Shown one piece after another: positions 1 through 12,600 of a DNA stretch of 64,000 nt (position 1 is its first letter; each line of letters starts with the position of its first letter). The position numbers and the translations under genes are program-made. Source of the stretch: a virus. Its lineage: Duplodnaviria > Heunggongvirae > Uroviricota > Caudoviricetes. Location of the stretch: positions 488 to 64,487 of the IMG/VR virus record IMGVR_UViG_2778261179_000006. One strand, given 5' to 3'. The notes beneath the pieces are model-generated. The model saw only the letters and a program-made list of their open reading frames with translations. It did no database searches and was not told the DNA's origin.

Positions 1-342
1 ATGAAAGGCTATTTGCTGCCAGCGGCGCTGCCACAGCTCTTCACGTTGCTTGTATGCTTCCAGCTCTGTTCTAAGGCGTGCTAGCTCCACCTGTAGCTGT
101 TCGGCCTCTTTGGTTGCTTGTTCTTTTGTTTTAACCAAGCCACCTGACAATGCTCTTTTGGCGTTGTCATAGGCTGCTTTAATTTCTGATTTTGCTTGAA
201 GTGATTGGCGACTAAACCCGAAACGCTCTTCCAGCACTGCCCAAGTTAACTTGGAGCCAAGCTCGCCCATAGCCCAGCGATCTAAATCAGCAACAATGGT
301 ATTGATATCACTATCCGACATACGTCTGAAACGCTTAGCCAT
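1..342 (-). CDS. Hypothetical protein, start at 342, 3' end beyond window edge; fourth gene of the recombinase operon (possible recombination auxiliary protein)
   Basis: ATG (complement) at 340-342 lies 2 bp after the stop of the 669-aa recombinase gene; open frame continues to position 1; manual translation MAKRFRRMSDSDINTIVADLDRW... with predicted coiled-coil. Not in ORF track because it has no stop in the window. Confidence 0.35.
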   Translation of the reverse strand, partial: MAKRFRRMSDSDINTIVADLDRWAMGELGSKLTWAVLEERFGFSRQSLQAKSEIKAAYDNAKRALSGGLVKTKEQATKEAEQLQVELARLRTELEAYKQREELWQRRWQQIAFH

Positions 343-2344
343 GTTTCACCTCTATTAGATATTGCTCAGGGTCAAAATGCTCAACCCCATTGTCCGCTAA
401 TTGGGTTTTTAGGGTTTTAAGTTTTTTATCATTGTGCGCAAGCCAGTCGGCACTTTTCTTTGGCTTTTGACTACTCATTTGCTGCTCAGCGTTTTTGCGA
501 GCAATTGCCGTGAGTGCATATTGCCGTTTTAGGTCTTCCAATCGACCAGCGTCGCCTTTTGCCCACACATAGTCCTTGCAGTCTGCTGAACATTGCAAAT
601 GGCGCTCACAAGGTGTTTGCGAGAAATTATGGATACAAATACCAGTACCGACATCATGCACCGCCTGTACCCTTGCTTTGAGGAAAACATCCTGAACATC
701 AACCGGAATCGCTTGAATCTGCTCTGCTATTTGCCCACCGACGAGTCCTTTCTTTATGTCTTGGCGCAGCATAAGCGCTCGCTTTTCTCGTGACGTATGC
801 TGATACGCTTTTGTGTCTCGTGAATTCGTCCTACCAAACCATTCCGTCTGCAGTAGATCACTCAAACCGCCTTCATCAAGCAAGGTATTGAGTGTGTGTC
901 GAAAATGGTGACTGGTGAAATCCACCTCGACACTAGCAGATGCATATTCCGCCGCGAGGTCAGGGAAATAGCGAAGGAATGTCGAAAACATTGACTGGCT
1001 GCAACTGGTCGCAAGCCAATGAGCATAAGTGCCACTCGAAAGGCCGAGTGGACGGAGGAAAAGTAAATCTTTCAGGTAATATTCTTTACCGAATTGATCG
1101 GTATGAATGGCCGAGAGACAGGCACCCGAAAAATCACGGGCACAGTACTTTTTCAAACCTTCCTTATTCGTGAAATGAATGGGGTTTCGTGGGCGTTGCC
1201 CTTGTTTGGTTCGCGCATCGACGTCTGGCCAAGCTAGGTTTTGTTTACGAAGCCAACCCGTTGACGTTAATCCTGTATCACTAATCCCTAATTCCTTTAT
1301 ATCGCTAGCATAGAGCCGCTGTTCACTCGGAATTTGCTCCAAAAAGCGTAAATCCGGCCCACGTGTTTTATGCATCTCTTCTGCCGTCTCGCGAGCCGCA
1401 GCGGTGAGATCTGCTAATTCATTGAGCACTTCTTCAACGATAGGTTTCACCTCTGATGGTAGGTACAATTTGCGTTTCGGAGTGAATACATCTCCTCGAC
1501 TTGTTTTACGCGGGAAGTACTCGATATAACCGTTCCCTTCGTCATCAACAGACAGTGTTTGATTTGGTAAAAGTGAAACCTCACTAAACCGTCGCCCCGT
1601 GCACGCAAGCAAAGTCAATAACAAAACATACAGCCGGTATTTATGAATTTTCGGTACATTTTGATAAAGCTCTCCCATTACACGGAATACTTTTGGATCA
1701 ACCAATTTGTCCGATTTGGTCTCAATAACCTCTGGATCATCAAGCCGCTTGTGGCTTAAACCGTCCGTGCTCGCTGGGCGCTTCATTCGCGCGTATTTAA
1801 ATTGCAACAGAACCCGGCACAAGCCGTTGGCATCGCAATGCGCTGCGAACTCTGCAATATGTTTATGGAGGTTATATGCGGTCGCCTCGCGGTAATGTTT
1901 TGAAATTAACGCGCATGCATTATCAAGTGCTTCGGGAGTCAGGTTGAGTAGTTTCTGACCCAATTGAGTTGCAGCCGCGGCAACATAACCGACTGCTGTT
2001 ATGAAGTTACGCTGATTGGGCGTTGACTGATGTTTTCTATGAAATCTTAAAACGAATAACGCCTTACACACTTCACCCCAACTATCCACTAGAGACTCGG
2101 CGCCTAATTTTGGTGATAAGGTAAAGACAAAAGACGCTGCTTTGATATTTTTTCCAGTCAGCTTCACAAGTCTGCCAGATGTTATCTTCCAATTCGATTC
2201 ATGCCATTTAACCGACTCGAAACCATCTAACTTCAAAAGCTGGGCTTTGCTGACTAGGGCTTGTAAATTTGCATTCCGATCGCGTTCTAAACGATCAATA
2301 AAGGGAATAACTTTGGCTCTGCGTTGCGAGCGACCATCAGACAT
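335..2344 (-). CDS. Tyrosine recombinase, large (669 aa), third of three tandem recombinase-fold genes (IntB-like)
   Basis: ORF track; HHFRHTLNT (HxxR-type) motif and downstream Tyr-containing segment typical of the phage-integrase catalytic domain; start overlaps the stop of the upstream gene. Confidence 0.7.
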   Translation of the reverse strand: MSDGRSQRRAKVIPFIDRLERDRNANLQALVSKAQLLKLDGFESVKWHESNWKITSGRLVKLTGKNIKAASFVFTLSPKLGAESLVDSWGEVCKALFVLRFHRKHQSTPNQRNFITAVGYVAAAATQLGQKLLNLTPEALDNACALISKHYREATAYNLHKHIAEFAAHCDANGLCRVLLQFKYARMKRPASTDGLSHKRLDDPEVIETKSDKLVDPKVFRVMGELYQNVPKIHKYRLYVLLLTLLACTGRRFSEVSLLPNQTLSVDDEGNGYIEYFPRKTSRGDVFTPKRKLYLPSEVKPIVEEVLNELADLTAAARETAEEMHKTRGPDLRFLEQIPSEQRLYASDIKELGISDTGLTSTGWLRKQNLAWPDVDARTKQGQRPRNPIHFTNKEGLKKYCARDFSGACLSAIHTDQFGKEYYLKDLLFLRPLGLSSGTYAHWLATSCSQSMFSTFLRYFPDLAAEYASASVEVDFTSHHFRHTLNTLLDEGGLSDLLQTEWFGRTNSRDTKAYQHTSREKRALMLRQDIKKGLVGGQIAEQIQAIPVDVQDVFLKARVQAVHDVGTGICIHNFSQTPCERHLQCSADCKDYVWAKGDAGRLEDLKRQYALTAIARKNAEQQMSSQKPKKSADWLAHNDKKLKTLKTQLADNGVEHFDPEQYLIEVKHG

Positions 2345-3935
2345 TCTCTTGGCCCTCTTCGCAGATTTTCACAACTTGTGCTACCGCCGATATCACTTCG
2401 TCGAGTTGAATCCCTAGGCGAGCATTTTCGTATTTTTCAAGTCGCTCTGTCCGACTCGCCAATAGGCAATCCAACACCTGCTCATGATCGGCATGTCGAT
2501 AGGGCTGAAATTTAGGGCATAAATAGCAAGAGTATGGTGGGTCGAGGTGGCAAACGCTAGATTCTCCACAAACGCCGATATCGGACTGTACCGTCGGATT
2601 TTGTTCGTCAACAAAGATTAGGTGTTTGTCGTCACGATCACCATTGACAGCCTCAATATCGCTATCGACTACTTTACCTTTGAAAAAGTTTAGGTAATTA
2701 GACAAGGCTTTTGTGGTTGCCTTATCAAGGTGCTCAACAATTCTGCCAGCCATTTCAAAATAAACCTGCACATGCTGGGTATCGGTATGATCGAGAATCC
2801 TCGCCAGCTCACGCTTGCTAATTCCCTCAACTGCTAACCCTGTCGCAAGCGTATACCGCAGTCTTCGGGGGGTAACGTGCATCAATTCACCGGTAAGTGG
2901 GGAAATTAGATTGTGTCGTTTGATAAAGCCTCTGATGAGATTAGCTATACCTGTCGACATCATATTGAAGGCGTCATCCCAACGCTTCGACTCTAATGCA
3001 TAAGAATTTTCGGTTGGTTTAATAAACAAAGGTCTCTCGATTTCTCTAACACTTCCATCAGCATCAACCACTAGCTTTTTATGTTGCGAAGCGTTGATAA
3101 GCGCCACTAGGTGTTTGGCAATATCCGGTTCCAAATATTCATCCACCATATCGTCTCTTGGCGCTAGTTGCCTCTTTTTAATTCTGGGCATTCGTAAAAT
3201 ATAGCAAGGTGAATCGGAATCAGGCGTCAGGTTAATTAAGTCCGTTTCTTTTAGAAAAGTTAGGTTAGCTGGATTTCTTCCGAAAGCAATTGAAAGAGCT
3301 ATAGCCGCCTTCTGTTGCAGGTGCTCATACTCCATACTGTTGTCTTGCTTTAACGTATTGATTATGAGTTGAAGCTCAAGAGTTCTATGAAGAGGTCCTC
3401 TATCAGGATCTTCTTGTCTAACTGCCTCCCCTTTTGGATTTCCCGGAATTTCCATCGCTTCTAACTCGTGAGCATAAATCTCCGAAAACCCAAATTCTGG
3501 GTAGTTTTCCGCGCACCAAATATACCACTGTATTGGTCTATACAATGCCCAAAGGCGGTGCCTTTTACGAGCTTCATTTATTGCGGCTTCCATCACCGCA
3601 ATTAAACGTAATTCAAGATCATCAATGGAAAGATCGGAGACGAGGGAATAATCGGTCTGTTTCGAGAAAATTGCGGCAGATATATCACTCCAATATTGCA
3701 CTCCAGCGTGCGATGACACTCGCGTCGCTTGATCAATAATACAGCTTTTTACTACAACTTTAAGAGTGCCGCTTTGGATGCGAGAGAAGTCGAGCCGACT
3801 GTGTCGATATAGCAAGGGCAACACCCAAACATCTCCAGCACTCTCAACCTTAACACCCTCACGAGTAAAAAAAGTATCAGGTAAATTCAGCCTAGAATCA
3901 TTATTATCTCTAGCTTGTTGAAGCAACTGGTTCAT
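2337..3935 (-). CDS. Tyrosine-recombinase-fold protein (532 aa), middle gene of the trio (Tfp/TnpB-like)
   Basis: ORF track; C-terminal RRLRYTLATG ... HTDTQHVQVY segment resembles a recombinase catalytic region; overlaps neighbours by 4-8 bp (operon). Confidence 0.6.
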   Translation of the reverse strand: MNQLLQQARDNNDSRLNLPDTFFTREGVKVESAGDVWVLPLLYRHSRLDFSRIQSGTLKVVVKSCIIDQATRVSSHAGVQYWSDISAAIFSKQTDYSLVSDLSIDDLELRLIAVMEAAINEARKRHRLWALYRPIQWYIWCAENYPEFGFSEIYAHELEAMEIPGNPKGEAVRQEDPDRGPLHRTLELQLIINTLKQDNSMEYEHLQQKAAIALSIAFGRNPANLTFLKETDLINLTPDSDSPCYILRMPRIKKRQLAPRDDMVDEYLEPDIAKHLVALINASQHKKLVVDADGSVREIERPLFIKPTENSYALESKRWDDAFNMMSTGIANLIRGFIKRHNLISPLTGELMHVTPRRLRYTLATGLAVEGISKRELARILDHTDTQHVQVYFEMAGRIVEHLDKATTKALSNYLNFFKGKVVDSDIEAVNGDRDDKHLIFVDEQNPTVQSDIGVCGESSVCHLDPPYSCYLCPKFQPYRHADHEQVLDCLLASRTERLEKYENARLGIQLDEVISAVAQVVKICEEGQENV

Positions 3936-5113
3936 CTATCGCTTCCCATTGTCAGTTTCTTTTGGTAATCAGATAATGCTTGCCGAGCCCGATCTTCAAT
4001 TTCTTGAGCAATATAAACCGTTTGAGACTCTAAACTTGAGTCGCCACGTAACATTGCCAAAGCTTGCTTTCTACGGTCCTCTTCAAGACCTGCCTCTCGC
4101 AATGCCCTTTCCATTCGAGTCGAGAATGTATGCCGCAATGCTTTCGGAGTCAGTATTTCTGGCAAGTAGTCCGGATATGCACTCCTTAGACGAGTAAAAA
4201 GTTGTGTCAGTGATGAATGGGACAACGGGTTGCCTTCATCACTTAAGATCAAATAATCACTAGATTTACTCGATTTAGATTCTAGGCTCTCCCTCATTTC
4301 GACAATGTATCTGTCTAACATCCGTAGAAAGTGGCTACCCTCAAGCGGCAATACTCGACCACTGCGCTTAACACTGGGTCTGGGCCTTCTCTCGTCATTT
4401 GGATCGGGTGGTCTTCGTTGAATAGTTACCGACGAAATTGCCCCAATATTAATATCTTCAACCCGAAGACTAAGAAGCTCCCCTGGACGGAGTCCACAGT
4501 TAAGCATCAATGATACTGCGACAAAGTTTCGATACTTAATCGGCTCGTAAAAAGCGAAAGAGTCAGCGCTCTCAGGGTTGAGACAATTAACTAAGAATCT
4601 GGCTTCATCCTCTGTCAAAGCTTTTCGGCTAATACCAGCACTCTTTGGACTATTAATAAAACCTTTCTCAATCCACGCGATGATTCGCTTTCTAGACTCT
4701 TGTATCGAGTCATACTGGCTATCATTCGATGGTAGAGACGACAAATAGACATCAATCTCCCAGACGAAATACTGGCGTATTGTGGCTAATCGACTATTAA
4801 ACGTATGCGGGGCAACAACCTTGCTTTCGATCTCCATGTCTTTTCTCAAAAACTCTAGCAAGCTTCCTCTAAATTCAGCTTCCGAGAAAAGCGCACCGTT
4901 TTTTAGTCTCGAGTGCATGTCGATCCGATGAACGTTGAACCATCGATACAAAACAGACAGCTCACGAAGGTTTCTAATGAGGGTATTTGTGCTTAAGTTT
5001 CGTCTTCCCATCACAAACTCGTTAGGAGACGGGATTGGTAAACCATCATCATCTAGAAGTATTGGTAATAGATCACCAGAACTGTGTACAACGGTTTCAA
5101 CTCTCACAAACAC
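3932..5113 (-). CDS. Tyrosine recombinase / integrase (393 aa), first gene of the trio (IntA/TnpA-like)
   Basis: ORF track; LRHTFSTR (HxxR) motif and C-terminal Tyr region; 4-bp overlap with downstream gene. Confidence 0.7.
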   Translation of the reverse strand: MFVRVETVVHSSGDLLPILLDDDGLPIPSPNEFVMGRRNLSTNTLIRNLRELSVLYRWFNVHRIDMHSRLKNGALFSEAEFRGSLLEFLRKDMEIESKVVAPHTFNSRLATIRQYFVWEIDVYLSSLPSNDSQYDSIQESRKRIIAWIEKGFINSPKSAGISRKALTEDEARFLVNCLNPESADSFAFYEPIKYRNFVAVSLMLNCGLRPGELLSLRVEDINIGAISSVTIQRRPPDPNDERRPRPSVKRSGRVLPLEGSHFLRMLDRYIVEMRESLESKSSKSSDYLILSDEGNPLSHSSLTQLFTRLRSAYPDYLPEILTPKALRHTFSTRMERALREAGLEEDRRKQALAMLRGDSSLESQTVYIAQEIEDRARQALSDYQKKLTMGSDR

Positions 5114-5204
5114 CCCTTTGTTTACACTTTAGTCACCAAAGAACTTTTATATTTACATTTAATTTTATAAGCGAACTTTTATAATTACACAACCTTCGGA
5201 CAAT

Positions 5205-5246
5205 AAAAAGCCCTCTTTTAACTTTACAGAAAAAAGAGGGCTCGAA
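5205..5246. terminator. Hairpin terminator downstream of ssb (10-bp stem AGCCCTCTTT / AAAGAGGGCT, A/T runs both sides)
   Basis: Inverted repeat at 5209-5218 and 5233-5242 read directly from sequence. Confidence 0.6.
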
Positions 5247-5325
5247 TGCTTATAACACACTAATTTAATTGGTTATTTATTTAGATAAATCTGTAAATAA
5301 ATTTACATTTAAATATTTATCAGGG

Positions 5326-5814
5326 CTAAAACGGAATATCGTCGTCAAAGTCCATTGGAGGTTCGTTATTGGCGTTGCTCTGAGGTTTACCGCCACCACT
5401 GTATTGCTGGTGGTTTTGAGGTTGGTTTGATTGCCCCCAGCCATTTGAGGACTGTGAATCGTCACGGCGAGCGCCTATCATTTGCATGGTGCCGCCCTGG
5501 CTGACGATAATTTCCGTCGTGTAACGTTCTACACCGGCGTCATCTGTCCACTTACGGGTTTTAAGTTTCCCTTCGATGTAGACCTGAGAACCTTTTCGTA
5601 AATATTCACTCGCAATTTCAGCAAGTTTTCCGAACAAAACGACTTTATGCCATTCTGTTTGCTCTTTCTGTTGGCCCGTTTGCTTGTCGCGCCATGATTC
5701 ATTCGTTGCGATGCTGAGTATTCCGACCGCTCCGCCATTTGGTATATACCTGATCTCCGGGTCTTGCCCCAGGGTACCAATCAGGATGACTTTGTTTACA
5801 CCGCGTTGTGCCAC
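5326..5814 (-). CDS. ssb: Single-stranded DNA-binding protein
   Basis: 162 aa; OB-fold N-terminus, Gly/Gln-rich tail and acidic C-terminus DFDDDIPF typical of SSB. Confidence 0.95.
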   Translation of the reverse strand: MAQRGVNKVILIGTLGQDPEIRYIPNGGAVGILSIATNESWRDKQTGQQKEQTEWHKVVLFGKLAEIASEYLRKGSQVYIEGKLKTRKWTDDAGVERYTTEIIVSQGGTMQMIGARRDDSQSSNGWGQSNQPQNHQQYSGGGKPQSNANNEPPMDFDDDIPF

Positions 5815-5833
5815 TTATCTTACCTAATAAAAT

Positions 5834-5850
5834 AAATTAATTAGAGCAAT
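5834..5850 (-). promoter_or_regulatory. C1 repressor operator (16/17 match to ATTGCTCTAATAAATTT) upstream of ssb
   Basis: Reverse complement reads ATTGCTCTAATTAATTT. Confidence 0.6.
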
Positions 5851-5983
5851 AATGTATATCTTTGAAACGTAGCTAACAAGTGATTTGCATTATCCTGTGC
5901 CTTCTAAAGGGATCGAGTCAGTCGGTATTGGCTGTGAATGGGTGTTTGTCCTGGAGCGTAAAAAATTCGCTTATGAGGTCTTT

Positions 5984-6541
5984 ATGAAGGGAAAAACAGC
6001 CGCAGGGGGCGGTGCAATTTGCGCTATCGCGGTGATGATTACCATCGTGATGGGTAATGGCAATGTGCGAACCAACCAGGCGGGGCTTGAGCTGATTGGT
6101 AACGCTGAAGGTTGCCGACGTGATCCATACATGTGCCCGGCAGGGGTATGGACTGACGGGATCGGTAATACACACGGGGTAACGCCGGGTGTGCGAAAAA
6201 CAGACCAGCAAATCGCCGCTGATTGGGAAAAGAATATCCTGATCGCTGAACGCTGTATTAACCAGCACTTCCGGGGCAAAGACATGCCCGATAATTCCTT
6301 CAGTGCAATGACAAGCGCGGCATTCAATATGGGATGCAATAACTTACGGACCTACTACAGCAAAGCGCGAGGCATGCGAGTAGAAACGTCCATCCACAAG
6401 TGGGCGCAGAAAGGGGAATGGGTGAATATGTGTAACCATCTCCCTGATTTCGTGAACAGTAACGGCGTCCCCCTGCCCGGGTTAAAGATTCGCCGTGAAG
6501 AAGAACGCCAGCTTTGCCTGACGGGACTGGTCAATGAATAA
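5984..6541 (+). CDS. lyz: Endolysin with N-terminal signal-anchor-release (SAR) domain (Lyz)
   Basis: Translation from internal Met MKGKTAAGGGAICAIAVMITIVMG... matches my recollection of P1 Lyz (185 aa); lysozyme-like body. Confidence 0.93.
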   Translation: MKGKTAAGGGAICAIAVMITIVMGNGNVRTNQAGLELIGNAEGCRRDPYMCPAGVWTDGIGNTHGVTPGVRKTDQQIAADWEKNILIAERCINQHFRGKDMPDNSFSAMTSAAFNMGCNNLRTYYSKARGMRVETSIHKWAQKGEWVNMCNHLPDFVNSNGVPLPGLKIRREEERQLCLTGLVNE

Positions 6542-6785
6542 ACTCCGGCAGCTCCGCAGACTTTCGACAATGAAGTTATCGCTGGCGGCGATAGTTTTCG
6601 ACTCGATTTTCATGGCCGTATATGTGCTCAATGAGACGTGGCCACTGGAACCGCTCTTGTATGCCGGGCTTAGGCTGTGCCTGACATTTTTGAGCATGGC
6701 CGCGAGATTGATGCAGCAGAAAGAAACCGCTTCAGATTGTCCACGCCGCGCGGTGCGCAAATATATGGCACGCAGACGAAGGTGA
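6534..6785 (+). CDS. Hypothetical small protein (83 aa) overlapping lyz stop
   Basis: ORF track; hydrophobic segment and basic C-terminus; followed by a terminator hairpin. Could be non-coding. Confidence 0.3.
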   Translation: MNKLRQLRRLSTMKLSLAAIVFDSIFMAVYVLNETWPLEPLLYAGLRLCLTFLSMAARLMQQKETASDCPRRAVRKYMARRRR

Positions 6786-6800
6786 TAATAGTTAACGAGA

Positions 6801-6828
6801 ACCCCGGCAGCCGCCGGGGTTATTTTTG
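6801..6828 (+). terminator. Rho-independent terminator (ACCCCGGC-AGCC-GCCGGGGT then T-run)
   Basis: GC-rich hairpin followed by TATTTTT. Confidence 0.65.
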
Positions 6829-6832
6829 GTGG

Positions 6833-9563
<2,731 letters not shown>

Positions 9564-9630
9564 TTAATTAGAATAATTCGCATCGTGTTTGAACGGAAAT
9601 TTAACACTAGTCACTTGTTAAGGATTACCA

Positions 9631-12600
9631 ATGAACAAGCTATCTATGGGAGTGTTTCGCTGTTCAAGTGTCAGCGAAATATTGAAATACATTAGGGCAA
9701 TAACATCTCACCGAGCGCCGATTAAATACGGCGTGGAAAAGGTGGAAGGCAAAAGCTATGACCGACTGCGCCGTGAGGCGAATCAGAAGGCGATAGATTT
9801 GCTTAATTCGCTGGTGGACGGCGCGACACTGACAGATGAACAGCGCCAGATCCTGGCTGGGTACACCGGTGAAGGCGGCATTGGCGGGTCCGTCTCCGAA
9901 TATTACACACCAAAGCCGATAGCTGAAGGTGTCTGGGAGATCATGAAGCTCTACGGCGCGGACGTAGGTAACACTCTGGAACCATCGGCGGGCACCGGCG
10001 TTTTTAATGAGACAAAACCGGTTGGCACGGTGATGACCGCGACTGAGATCAGCAGTGTTTCCGGTCGTATAAACCAGCTGTTACATCCGGAAGACAGCGT
10101 ACAGATTTCCCCGTTCGAACAACTGGCTGTAAGCACGCCTAACGATTCATTCGACCATGTTGTGGGTAACGTTCCGTTCGGTGGTCGTGATAACACACGC
10201 AACATCGATAAGCCTTACGCAGAAGAAACGGACATGGGTTCTTACTTCATGCTCCGCATGCTGGACAAGATAAAGCCAGGCGGATTCATGTGCGTGATTG
10301 TGCCGCCGTCCATTGTTTCAGGTTCAAACATGAAGCGGTTACGCCTGCGCCTATCACGGAAAGCTGAATTTCTTGGTGCCCACCGCTTGCCTACCGGTAC
10401 TTTTGACGCAAACGGGACCAGTACGGTCGTAGATGTGGTGCTGATGCGCAAACATCCGGCAGAGATGGCTGAGAAAATCCCCCTGGTGGATGAAAGCACT
10501 CTTGAATCGGCAAATGTGCTTTGGCCAACGTTTATTTCTGGCAAGTGGTTTGAAAAGGACGGCCGCCGGTTTGTTCATGGCACCCAGGAAAAGGGCTTCC
10601 AGGGGCGTATTGAGGTTCGTGCCGACGGTCAGATTGATAACCAGGCTCTTAAAGCGAAGCTGATTCATCGTTTCGAAAGCCGTATCGACTGGTCTTTGCT
10701 CGATATGGCTGAACCGTCACCGACCGCAGATGTTGTTGGTGAAGGGGAAATGCGCCTGATTAATGGCGTATGGCAAAAATATGCTGGTGGTCGCTGGATT
10801 GAAGCTGATGCCGGGAAGGAGCTGAAGATTGATGTTGCCAGTTATGGCGCGGATAGCTGGGAGGCTCTTCAGCGTAACCTGACTACCACAGAAGGTCGTC
10901 TCGGCATGACATTTACCCAGATGGCAAATGTCCGCGATAAGTACACCACATCAATCAGCGACGATATGGTGCAGCTGGTGGACTGGATTAACAGCCAGCC
11001 TGAAAAATACCGTGAACGCTTGTATCGTGGGGCGATGATTGGCCGGATGTTAATTGAATATCAGGACATGAAGGCCGCCGGGCATAGTGCTGAACAAATC
11101 GAACAGCAGCGCCTTTCTCTGGTATCCCGTTTACAGGCAGAGATTGACCGTTTTGGTAACCCCGGTCGCGGTCCGATAGCGAAATTATCGGGGAGCGGTG
11201 CGCGCGCCTGGTTTGCTTTCCGTGGTGCAATTAAGCTGGATGGCACTATTTCTGACGAGCTGACAGGAAAACTGGTTACGCATGATTCCAGCGCCAGTTA
11301 TGACTCCACCAGCTATCAGGACACCCTGCGTTATCTCTACAGTGATCTCACTCGCGATCCAATCCAGCTCGATGATTTCCGCCTTGCGTTTACCGGCGAA
11401 CTGCCAGCCAGTGATGACGAGTTGCTTAATTTATTGGCCAGCATCCCTGGTATTGCGGTTTCACCGTATGGCGGGATTGTTCCGTTCGCCCGCGCCACCA
11501 GCGGCGACATTAACGAGATAGTGGCTCCAAAACAGGAATTCCTTGCCACACTCCCCGACGGTCCAGTAAAGAACAACGTCCTTAATCAGCTGGCAGCGAT
11601 CGAAGAGAAGCGCATCAAGACGCCAGCAGAGAATATCCGCTTTAAGCTCAATAGCCGTTGGTTCGACCGCTCCGTCATTCTGGAGTTTTTGCAGGAAAAC
11701 GGCTATCCGGATCTGCGCTATGTGCAGTCAGTGCAGCTGGAAGGCGACGAAATGGTTTCTGACACCTATCACGGTGGTGATGGTCTGTTCGTCGGGCACC
11801 GATACGGTGTCGTCCAGCGCAAGGATAAAGAAACAGGCGAGATCCGCTACGAGTGGGACCGTAAATCAGGTGAAAACGCGACCGGGTTCCCGGCACAGCT
11901 GGAAAAGTATCTCAATGGTGCGCGTATCGGTGGCAAAGATAGCGCGACGGCGAACGGCTACCGCGAGCAGATGGCACTGCTTGAGGACCAGTTCAATAAG
12001 TGGATCAAGACGCACGATCGCTACGATGAGCTGGTTGCCAAATACAACGATGTGTTCAATAGCAATATCCCGTATGAACACTCTGGCGATCCGCTTGGGT
12101 TGAAGGGATTAAGCGGTAAGCGCCAGCCATTTGATTACCAGAATAGCGAGGTGCGCCGACTGTCCGAAGATGGGCGCGGCATCCTTGGCTTCGGCACCGG
12201 GCTGGGTAAAACCACGACCGCGCTGGCGCTTGAGGCGTTCAACTATGAGAACGGTCGCTCCACCCGTACTGCGTATGTAGTGCCTAAATCAGTGCTGGAA
12301 AACTGGTATTACGAAGCAAAAGAATTCCTGAGTGAAGAGGCATTCAGTAACTACCTGTTCGTCGGTCTTGATGTGCTGATGGATGGCGATCAGATTCGCC
12401 AGGTGCCGGTGCTCGATGAGAACGGTAAACCTGTTCTTGGTACTGATGGCACTCCAGTTATGCGCGATGCTCTTAAGCTGGCAGATGAAGCCACTATCAC
12501 GGCGCGGATGAACGCGATCCCGCACTCAAATTACCGTGCAGTCGTGTTTACCAAAGAACAATACGCCCGCATTCCGCTACGTGATGACACCGTAGATGAG

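Larger units (their letters stand above)
1..5204 (-). mobile_element. Partial integrative element: core recombination module (three tyrosine-recombinase-fold genes plus small ORF), one end near 5114-5204, remainder outside window
   Basis: Gene content and order (about 393, 532, 669 aa plus a small protein) resemble Tn554-like or strand-biased circularizing integrative element core operons; sits where P1 (from memory) carries IS1 next to ssb. Element ends not defined. Confidence 0.4.

Noticed and set aside
335-5113. Interpreting the recombinase trio as the phage's own integrase
   Set aside because: P1-like phages are maintained as plasmids and carry Cre/loxP for dimer resolution. Three tandem recombinase-fold genes with a fourth small gene fit a transposon-like integrative element instead.
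5529-6339. ORFs 5529..5780 (-), 5918..6268 (-) and 5971..6339 (-)
   Set aside because: Lie within or antisense to the well-supported ssb and lyz genes; no independent support.
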